Below, in pieces: positions 14,001 through 24,400 of a stretch of DNA of 64,000 bases (position 1 is its first letter; each line of letters begins with the position of its first letter). The DNA lies in assembly GCF_018977255.1 (NCBI RefSeq), contig NW_024704762.1:7254001-7318000 (forward strand), given 5' to 3'. Source of the DNA: Callorhinchus milii (lineage: Eukaryota). The translations under genes were made by a program, and so were the position numbers. Under the pieces are notes generated by a model. It made no database searches. It saw only the letters and a program-made list of their open reading frames with translations, and had not been told where the DNA came from.

Positions 14001-17000
14001 CCTTTCACGTGAAAATGTCTTGAAGCGCTTTACAGAATGAGATTAATGAAGCAAAATGTTGCGGTGAGGGCAGGTGATTTGTTGCAGTAACATTCCACAA
14101 ACAATGGGATGAGTAGTGAAGCAATTCGATTTTGGGGGCAAAATTAGATGAAAGATTATTAATGACCAGCCCGCCGTATTCAATCCATTCTTGTCCATTC
14201 CCCTACACATTAGAATAGCTAGAGCAGCAAGCTTTCTGTCAATGATGAAACCGAGAGAAGACCTTCAGATGAAACATGCAATCTGACAAGAATATTTTTT
14301 TAAAAAAAAAACTTACTCTGTACAAAGGACAGATCCCAGTTTGGAGGCAGCATACTTTCCTCAAGCCCCGTAGAGTGCAGCTTCAGAGTCTTTCTCGCTT
14401 TGTTCAGTTCTGTAGAATTTAATAAGGACAGAGTTGGAGGTTTACAAGAACAACATGGCACTTATTATAGCACCTGTCATGCAGGGTATCTCAAAGAGCT
14501 TCACAGAGATGAAATGGGAACCTGAGCAGGGTGGGGAGACAAAGGGTGACCTAAGGCACAATCAAAAATTATGTTTTTAGAAAGATGGAACTTGTGTAGC
14601 AACAAACTAGGAATGCCTGCAAGGGGAACATGAGAGAAGTCAAATCTGCAGGTGGTGTAAATTAGGGTTTTGGTTGAATTATGTACAAGTTATATTGGGT
14701 GTAATCCTGGTGAGGAACAAGGTGCAAATAATTATGGTTAGGAACTAGTTGCAAGTCTTTTCTCCCCTCCCTCAGGGCTCCAGCTAACATCGGTCAGATT
14801 TGACAAAGAACAACAGGGACAGGTGATAATCTGATGGCATCAAATTTGTGCTAGGGTTAAATTAAAGTCAAATGAGAAGCGCCCACATGAGGGGTGCAAG
14901 CCATCACCCCACAGATTCATTTGTTTTTATAATTACAACGATCCTTTCCTGAGAGGGATCATTGAACCAAAAGTTGCTGTTTGACCTCAGGAAGCGACAA
15001 ATCATAATTGAATAATCAATCAATATAATTTTACTAATCGTTGAGTGAATAAAGCAGGAAAAATCTTGTTCCAATCAGTATAATTGATCTTAAAAAAANC
15101 CTCTTCTGCTTCTATAATTGGTTGAATTATTGATCCCTTGGTTATAGCTACTTACTTTTCAGCCCAAATCCTGAACTTGTCACAGAAGCCTGTTCAAGAG
15201 AAACACACTTCAGGTTACGTTCAGTTATAGTAGCACCAGCTCCAAGCCTCTAGTTATTGCTCTCAGCATTCCACAAAGGCATATTTAAAACATTTTAACT
15301 CACAAACATCAAGTTATTTCTTTGCAAAAATCAGAATTTTGGGGGTAGGTGGTGGGGGAAAGAAACAAGTTATTTGGAAGGACTTTCAGGAGAAAGCAGG
15401 AGATATCTCCACTTACTTTGCTGTGCATTTTCTTTTCTGTGGTTGCCGATTCCATAAATCTAGAGGGAACCTCTCGTGGGCCTGTAAAGGATGGAAAGAG
15501 TTGTGTAGATTTGTCCCACACACCTTGCAAGACAACTAGCAGCAGTTTGGTAGGCATCAACTAAATTCTTTCCTACCCTTTGACTTCAGTTTTGTGATAG
15601 TTTCCTCCAAAGATGACGCTCTGAAAGAACAAATTCCTCAGTTACACTGTATTAATTGTGAATGCAGTTGAATTTGCACGACTTGTTGGAAAGCTTATCT
15701 TATGCAGTTTTGCCTCCTGAATTTTACGAGCCTTTTCACAGCCAACAAATTGCAGTCCCAAAAGCAAAAATACATCTTTTTAATGATGAATTTCAACTGC
15801 CAAAATCAGCATGGGAACAACCTGTTCCAACATTTCCATCCTTCATTGTTGGGGTGGTCGAAGACAGCACTGCATAGCTCTATTGAGCTTCACTGCTATC
15901 ACTGGATGCAAAACAGAGGAATAAAATATTCAATTTCCCAGGACTATCAACTCGCCACTCGATAAGTGCAAAGTTTAGCATCATTTCAAGACTGATTTAT
16001 TAAATTGTTTTTCTTACTGAATCTCGTAAAACACCCCGGCTATGCTCATCTTAGCTAAGGGTTCAGACAAAATGCAGGAGCTGCAGAGCTGGGAGCCAAG
16101 GGCACATTGAGAGTGCAGCAGCTGATTAAAGCAGCCACAGACCAATAATCAGAGACACAGTGGCTGACCTTTCTCAAAGTGTACTTGAAAAAGATTCCAA
16201 TTGCTAAGACACAGGGAGAAAGACTTTCCAACCTTGCCTTGTGATACCACATATCCCCTTTAAATGCAGCGGCCAGGATATTTTTTGGGAGTGGGTACAG
16301 GAAGGTGGAAGTAAAACTTGTCATAACATCTCTCCCATTTCCAATTGTTCTTCAAAACAAATCACTCTCTGCAACAGCCAGACAAATCCAGCAGCCATGC
16401 AAATAGCAGCATCACCTCTCATTTGCCATCTCATCCCAAGAAACACTCACATAATCAAGAGCCAATTAGCAAGAAGAATCAGTGCACAGAGAGACATGTA
16501 GCTCCAGTACTTACAATCTTGATCCTTCACTGTCTTCTGCAGATGCTGTAAATAAAATTAGATTACATTAATAATATACTGCGGTCACTCCTCTGAGCAA
16601 GCAAGGACACAGAATTGAATCGCTCAATGACAGTCGTGTACAATAACATCTTGCAATGACATACAATGATATAGCAACTTTCACAAAGGATGAATGTCTC
16701 GAAGCTCTTCACTTACACTTTGTGCGAGAGGAGTTTGTGGAGTTAGTACCATCTCGCTGCACGAGGCGCTGGAACAGGCCACGCTGGCACACCCTGGGCT
16801 TGGCTGGACTGCGTGTTGGATGTGGCCCCCGACCAGATGCCCCAAGTGATGTCACGGTTGCAATAGATGAATGCGTAGATTGACTTAGATCCGGCGTACT
16901 TTTAAAACTCTTAAGCAATCTAACCAGGAGAAAACACAGCAGTCAGGATGACAAGAAGTCAGAACAAATACACTCATGGGGCAATCCAGTATTCAATTCT

Positions 17001-20000
17001 GCCCTGGATTTAAACTATGTAATGCCGTATTTAATAGGGGTAACAAATAGATATGTGCTGATTCTATCTTATATTGGAATTCTCTATTCTAATCCCATTC
17101 CACTGCTCCTTTCTTCCATCCCCCTTCTAATGTCTGGTACTAGCTTGCTCAACAACAACTTGCATTCATATAGCACCCCTCGTGCAGGGCATCGTCCCAG
17201 ACCTCGATAGTGGGGGAGTACGTCGCCGAGCCAGGGAGAGGTACGTCGAAGAGGAAAGTCTTCAGTTGCAATCTGCAGATAGGGAAGGAAGTAGCAAGGT
17301 GGAGGGATAGAAGAAGAGTGTCCAATTGGAACTATCTACTCAAATCCTAATGCACTGCTCTTTACAAGAATGTAAAGCAAACAATAATTTGTCAGTCATT
17401 CACTGCTTTCCAAGTTATTTTTGTACATTGCTATGTGGGCTAGTATAATTGCTCACCAAGCACCACCCAGTGAAGTGGGGCCAGTTTTCCAATGCGATAC
17501 TCACGTGCTTGGGTCTTTGCCATCTTCAGTAAAAGCTGCAATGTAAAGAGCAGTGCGTTACACTTTATCATACCACATAAAATATCAGATGCAAAGTGTT
17601 TGTTCAATAAAATTGAAGCAAAAAGCAAATCTTTGTCTCATAGCTCTGGTGAAGTTGTTTAAATGAAGAAAACTTGCACAGCATCTGATGTAATCACTAT
17701 TTGAGAACACTCCAATGTGAAAATAAAATCATGGATTTCAGAGGTGAGCGAATACATAGAGTATGGTTGTGTGTGTGTCACTCTCTCTTTCTCTGATCCT
17801 GTACACATCTGGATCAGATTTCTTCTGGTCACTCTGGGGGAATAAAATCACACTATATTTCCCCAACATCTTCACCAAACTTCCTTTCAGATTGGAGCCC
17901 CAATGTGGAGTTGTAGGGACAATGCACAACTAGTGTTCTATTGTAACCTGTGGCTTTTACATACATCTTTATTAGGACAATGAGGATCACCAAGCACAAA
18001 GGAAAAGAAGGGAGCTTATAGGTGTTAAGTTGAAGGCACAGTAAAAAGAGAGATTTTATAAAAGACTGAAAGAGAAGGCAAAGGGAATTTGGAAGCGAGT
18101 TTCACAGCGGGGGCACATTAACCGAAGGCTCGGCCACCAATAGGGGGTAAGCAGGAGTGTGCAACAAGAAATCAATATAGAAGAAAGGAGGCACAAAAAG
18201 AAAACAAAAAAACATTGAATTCTAGTTACACCAACCTTTCAATCCAAAGGAATTCCTCCGAACAAGCTTACCAGTTGATTGTGTCAGCTTCTGTTGGGAA
18301 AACAACGTTGAATCACCACTAGCAGAGTTCTGATCAGACTCAAATCGCAGGTGTTTGCCACTAAGTAGGTTGGTAGCACTCTTGGAGACACTGTGGGAAA
18401 AAAACATGGCGATTCTTCAGTGCAATACAAGCAGCATCCCCAGCTGCCTGGTTAAAAACATTTGCTTCAGTGGTGAGGTGGGATGGAAAGTTTCCATGGA
18501 ATCATCTGAACAAACAGTTGAGAGCTTAGTTTTAAGCAGTTTGAGACGCTATTCCACATGAAAGGCTCAACGTAAATGGTTGTTTATGTCTCATCTGAAA
18601 TGGCATTGAATGAAGTGCAAGTAGTGACTCAGTCTTTCCAGCGCCTTGGGACGTCCTCCCGATGTGAAAGGCACTATACAAATGCAATTTTGTTTTTGTT
18701 GTTGTAGTGACATCCTAGATTTTGAGCTCAAATCCACAAATGCGGCTAGAACCCATAATCTTCTAATCTGAGGTTAGTGTTACTAACTGAGTCGCACTGA
18801 TTAAACCTATGTGAAGAAATTGCAGCTGAAGTACAAGAATTCTAACTGGAAAAGATTTCAATGGAAGGACACAGGAGAGATGTTCTGCTGGCAAGACTGC
18901 ATTCTGCCACTAGAGGCTACAAGCACCTTGTACAGCAGTGATGAAAATAACAACAAAGTTAGTCTAAAAGCTGAAGAAAAGGAGAATATAAAAGTTAACA
19001 CAATAGTTAAAAATTAATGTAAAAGTTGGACAAAAGTTAATATAAAGCTAGGGGAAATAGGTTAAAGATAAATAAAATAATAATAATTTTGGTCACTCAT
19101 TCCACAACTGTTTGTGGGACACTTCTGTGTGCAAATGGCTGCCTCATTTCACTCATCAACAACTTGCATTTACACAGTGCCCCTCACGCAGAGTAGAGTC
19201 CCAGATCGCTCGAGAACAACAAAATGACATTTGTATAGCGCCTTTCATGTCGAGAGGACATCCCAAGGCGCTGGACGGACAGAGTTTCGGACCCGAGCTC
19301 GGGGAGGGTGGAGGGCAAGGGGGGAAAGCAGAGAGATCGAAGGCACAGTCGAAGAGGAGGGTCCTGAGATGGGTCTTGAAGGTGGCAAGGGAGGGGGCGA
19401 GGCGGAGGGACTGTGGGTTGGAGTTCCAGAGGGTGGGGCAGTGTGGCAGAAGGTCCGCCCGCCAATAATGGGGCGAGGGATGTGAAGCAGGCCGGAGCCC
19501 ACTGAGCGGAGGGAACGAGCAGGATGCAAGGAGATTAGGAATTCTAATCCAACCTGAATTAGTGGCAGAGCACGACACCGAGCCTGGGGGAGTGTGTGTG
19601 TGCGTGTGGGGTGGGGTGACCATAGCCACAGTCAAATAGGAAGGTCTTCAGGTGCGGACCTGAAGATGGGGGAAGGAAGAGGCAAGACGGAGGGATAGAG
19701 GAAGAGTGTTCCAGAGTTTCAGGGGGGCAGTGGCTGAAAGCACAGCCACCAAAGGGCACGGGGGGACATGCAGGAGGCTGGAGCCAGTCAAGCCCACGAG
19801 ATACTATATCGTCATTTCACCTTAACAACAACATTCCATCTACAGAGCGCCTTTCACATCGGGAGGACGTCCCAAGGCGCTGTACAGTTGGGTCAGGACC
19901 CGAGCAGGGGGGAAATGGTCAGGGTGAGGAGAGGGAAGGGAGGGAGCGAGGAGGGGGTAGAGAGTCGAGAGGGGAGCCGAAGGCACGGTCAAAGAGAAAG

Positions 20001-20566
20001 GTCTTGAGACCGAGGAAAGGGAGGAGGCGGCGAAGGCACTGGGGGATGGAGTTCCAGAGCCTCGGGGCTGAGAGGCTGAAGGCCCGGCCACCGATGGTAG
20101 GGCGGTTGGGGCGGGGGATGTGGAGCAGACCGGAGCCAGAGGAACGGAGGGTACGGGCAGGTAGAGAGGGGGATAGTAGGTCGGAGAGGTAGGAGGGAGC
20201 GAGGCCGTGAATGGCCTTGTAGGTGAGCTTGGAACAGTATGTTCTGTGGAAGCTCTTCGAGACACGGCGAAGTTGCGACAAGGCACTATATCAAATGCAA
20301 GGATTATTATTACTATTATTTTTTTATATATCAGTGGCCAAGAGAGTTAGTTGCTGCTTGGGCTCTCCCACTCCCTCCCACCCGTTGCTAGGCAACCAGC
20401 AGCCTTCGCCTCCCCAAACTCTCCCACCTTCCCTCGCCAGTCCAGACCCCTCGCCGAGAGCATTCAGCGTCTTAATGCCGCCCACTCCGGGGCTCTGCTG
20501 AGGTGAGGGGAGGGGAGATGAGCGACACCGCACTCACCTGATGCTCCTGCGACCTCGCGCCGCCAT
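8069..20566 (-). CDS. HAUS8: HAUS augmin-like complex subunit 8 (Hice1)-like protein, 15 coding exons, ~448 aa
   Basis: Phase-consistent GT-AG exons: 20538-20566, 18272-18390, 17505-17535, 16717-16919, 16515-16545, 15577-15620, 15417-15481, 15156-15189, 14317-14409, 13892-13947, 13314-13391, 12838-12996, 11937-12078, 10477-10618, 8069-8189 (1347 nt, open to TAA). Motifs resemble HAUS8: [11 protein letters not shown] (cf. GRVIESRYLQ), [18 protein letters not shown] (cf. LQSTLLEGHGTAPPDLDLS), [64 protein letters not shown] on the minus strand at 8021-8026. Orthologue versus paralogue is unresolved; the small N-terminal exons are less certain. Confidence 0.78.
11422..11770 (+). mobile_element. 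Full-length tRNA(Ala)-derived SINE with Deu-type body and L2-like 3' tail
   Basis: A box TAGCTCAGTGG, anticodon arm CTCGC-TTCGCAA-GCGAG, B-box-like GGTTTGATTCC, then TGTGGG..TGCTGTGCACAATT..GCTGCGTTTCGCCCACAAAA..TGTGAAGCGCTTT..ACGTCTCA and an (ATT)n tail. Many 5'-truncated copies occur elsewhere in the window. Confidence 0.85.
19824..20230 (-). mobile_element. L2-clade LINE 3' end (RT C-terminus plus 3' UTR)
   Basis: Encodes [54 protein letters not shown], the typical L2 ORF2 end, followed by GCGCCTTGGGACGTCC..GTGAAAGGCGCT..(TGT)n. An adjacent copy lies at ~19215-19530. Confidence 0.85.
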
Positions 20567-21468
20567 CTTTAGTTCAAATCGCGGACCGGCCCCGCGCGCG
20601 CGCGCGCGAAATACAACCGCCGCCCTCACCGCTTTGTCCCGCCCTCACGCTGCTCCCCCATTGGTTATACCACGCGCGACCGCACGCCGTGCTCCTTCCT
20701 CGTTGGCTGCTCTTTGACGTCAATCATCGCAACCCCGCCCCACACACACACACGCACACCCTCCCCTCCGCATTCACCTCCTGACGGCTCCGCCTCCTCC
20801 TGTCCACTCTCTCAGCCGATTGGTCCACCTACCGCCTGCTGCTGCTCGCATACGGGATTGGCTCATAGCCATGTCAATCAGAAGAGCAATCAGTTACCAC
20901 CCACTGCGCGCATGCGTGTCCGTTCCTGTTTCCCCCCCCCCCCCCAACACAGACTGACTGACAGTTGGGATCTAAATAATTTCGCAACTCGAATTTTAAC
21001 GCATGGGTGTGGGGGGGGGGGGAGGAAGGTACATTTGCAGTCGTTAAATAGCGCATTACCCCCTCTGTTGTCTACTCTGAAATTTATTCGAGGTTCGTCA
21101 ACAAACCCATCAGAGAAAAAGATTGCCATAGGCTTCATCCATTTCAGTCAGGCGTTTGGGAGGGACAGCCAAGCCGCCCGCTGGTTGAGTGACAGCCAAG
21201 CCTGCCATACAGAAGATGCCGCGGGCTCCCGACAGCCAATCCGCAGGGGGCTTTGGGGGCGGGATCATCATCAAGACCCCCCCCCTCGCGCTCCACCTCT
21301 CCAACCGACAGGAGTGTGTCCTCGCAGCGCCTGAAGGACCCCGGGTGCCAATAGCAAGCGTGAGTGAGTGTGTGTGTGTGTGGGAAGCGAGCGGTGTCGG
21401 GTCTGGTTTAGGCGAAGGAAAATTACACTTTATTTTCGTATCGAAAACGACGTAGCCGGAGTCCGGAG
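20567..21468. promoter_or_regulatory. CpG-rich bidirectional promoter shared by HAUS8-like (-) and NCLN (+)
   Basis: Start codons diverge ~900 bp apart. CHR TTTGAA (minus, 20573-20578), E2F-like TTTCGCGC (minus, 20604-20611), CCAAT boxes (20660, 20819, 20857, 21236), CRE TGACGTCA (20715-20722), NRF1-like GCGCATGCG (20908-20916), YY1-like AAGATGGCGGC over the HAUS8-like ATG. Confidence 0.75.
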
Positions 21469-24400
21469 ATGTTCGAGGAAGCGAGCGAGGTGTTCGACAA
21501 CATGTTCAAGGGTTCCTTCCCCCTGACTTTCATCGTCTTCATCCCGGCCGTGTTGCTGCTGGTGTCGCCGCTGCCCACAGAGGCTGCCCACGAGTTCACC
21601 GTCTACAGAATGCAGCAGTATGACCTGCAGGGACAGGCGTATGGTGAGTGCTCCTTGGGGTGACCATATATTCTACAGGGTCTCAAATACCATGGGGTTA
21701 GGGTGACCATAAACTCTATAGGGTCTCAGATACCATGGGGTTAGGGTGACCATATATTCTACAGGGTCTCAGATACCATGGGGTTAGGGTGACCATATAC
21801 TCTACAGAGTCTCAGATACAATGGGGTTAGGGTGACCATATACTCTATAGGGTCTCAGATACCATGGGGTTAGGGTGACCATATATTCTACAGGGTCTCA
21901 GATACCATGGGGTTAGGGTGACCATATACTCTACAGGGTCTCAGATACCATGGGGTTAGGGTGACCATATACTCTACAGGGTCTCAGATGGTGACCATAT
22001 ACTCTACAGGATCTCAGATACCATAGGGTTAGGGTATTTTTTTACAGGTTCACAACAACTTGTATGTAGCACCCTTCACGCAGGGGTAGTATCCTGGAGC
22101 ACTTGACAGTGGCTCAGTCTGACACCAACCCAGGGGGAAGAGGGAGGAGGTGACCGTAAGCACGAGCCAAAAAGTAAGGTCTTTATATATGAGGGTCTCA
22201 AATGTATGACCATATTTTGTAAACCAAATCCGGGGACACACGTGTATATCGGCATCGTGCTCCGCCACTGCCAAGCGCTCTGGGACGCTACCCTGATGAA
22301 GAGCGCTATATCAATGCAAATTGTTATGTAAAATCTATTGAATTCACCACAATTCCTCATGCTGGCAGTGAGTGGAGAAGCTTGTTGGATTAATGGCTGC
22401 ATTAATGGCTCTGACATCAGTGTTATTGTTCTTGTTCAGTTTGTTGCTGAACTCAAGACAGGGCAAATTTGGTACCAGGGACACACAATACCTCACCTGG
22501 GGATGTCCCCGAAATTGGGGGACATATGGTCACAATACAATTTGGGTTGGGCCGTCTGCTGTGTCTGCCTCGTTGCATCATCAACATCTCCCAAGCGCTT
22601 TGCACAACAAGGTATTGTCAGTTTGGTGCTCTTGCCTCTGGGTCAGAAATCACAATAGAATGATAATCCTTGCGTTTGATAATACATATAAGATATCAAA
22701 AAAAAATTCTTGAAATGGTTTGCCGCCTGTGTGTTTGTTGGCAAACCTGGTAGCCACTTAGCACACAGCCAGGTCCTACAAACTAGCAATCAAGTGAATG
22801 ACTAATTTACCTGGCAGATTGTTGACCAGGACACTGGTAAGTTGTGGATTCAAGTCCTATATCAGGATTTTAAGGTCACAGTCTGGAGTGATGCTCCAGT
22901 GCACTGCTGGGGGAGTGTCACATATTTCAGTGATTCCATCCTTGAGATGGGATGTTAAACTAAGGATCCCATCTGCTTGAGTTAGGGATTTAATTACACC
23001 ATGCTGCCTTGGCCAACAATTGTCCAGATTTATTGGCCATTCGTTTCATGGCTGTTTACAGTGTGTTATTTTGGGAAACGCAGCAGTCATTTTGCACACA
23101 CAACTCCTGACACCAATCACATGTGAAGCATTTTGCGACATTTGAACATCACAAACAATATATTAGATGTAAAGGTTATAAGTGGGACAACAACTCTCCT
23201 GCGCCAGCAATGTTCTGCACACTGTGGTCTGATGAATGGGCAATTTTGATCATTTTAAATCTGGGAGAAATATCGTTAAGAAAACTTCTGCACTTCTTTC
23301 AAATAGCGCCAAAGGATCTGTAATCTGGGTTTAAGACACTGGAGCAGACGGAGAGGCAGAACTTTTATTTAACAGCATCTCCAACAATGCAGCTTTGGAG
23401 TCTCAGCCTAGGTTGTGAGATAAAGTCTCCGTACAGGGTCTGATTCAGAGGCCAGAGCATGACCATTCTGAACATCTGCTTCAACTAAGGGAATTCACTG
23501 CATAAAAATGCATGACACTGGTGGGTTTTTCACAGATTCCACCTTTTTGTTATCTGTGTATCTGTTGCAGTTTCAACCAGTTGCATCGCTTTTTTAAAAA
23601 AAAGTTTCTTCCAAACATAAATTATCTTTGCAAGATTAGAAGCGAAAGTTAAGCAGACTTCAAGAAATGGATGTACCAGAAATATGGATCTCTGTGGTGT
23701 GATTACAAGACTAATTTAATCATAAGGTTTCACCTGTTGCCTTGTCCTAAGAACAAAACTTGTGCTTATAAACTAGCAGTGTGAATTCACTCAAGTGGTG
23801 TTTGTTTTAGTAACTGGAGAAAGATGTCTGGGCACAATAGCCTGTGGAATTTTTGATTCAATTTTTACAACTTTCCATTGATGGACATAACCTCTCTCCC
23901 AGAAATGAGCGTCTGCCCCCTAGGACGACAATGACAACTTGCATTTATATAGCACCCTTCATGCAGGATAGTGCCTTAGAGCCCTGCAGAGTGGTGGGGT
24001 TGGACACCGAGCAAAGGTGGGGGGAACCATAGATGTGGTCGAAGGTAGATCTTAAGATGGGATTTAAAGATTAAATAAAGAGGGTGTGAGGAGGAGGGAT
24101 TGATGCCAGATGCCATGCTGCAGTTTAACGGGCACAAGGTTGCTGTGGATATCATTCATAGAATGCAGAGTACACCTGATGAGTCTTCAAGATAACTACA
24201 AAAAGAATTAATATTCCTGGTGCCTTATTATTATTAATGTTATTATTAATATAATGGTGCCTTTCGCCCACAAAACATAAAGCAATTCACTTTACAGTAT
24301 ATTCTGTGAAGCGCTTTGAGATGTCTAGACGACGTGATAAGACGCTATATCAAATGCAAGGATTATTATCTATCAAAGTGGGTTTTACTGTAAAGTGTAA

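Noticed and set aside
17756-17833. 78-nt candidate extra exon of the HAUS8-like gene
   Set aside because: In the required phase it reads GAG TGA (immediate stop) and the donor gtattc is weak.
21656-22035. Possible CRISPR-like array or interstitial telomere
   Set aside because: Units are contiguous with no unique spacers, the context is a vertebrate intron with no cas genes, and TTAGGG occurs only once per unit.
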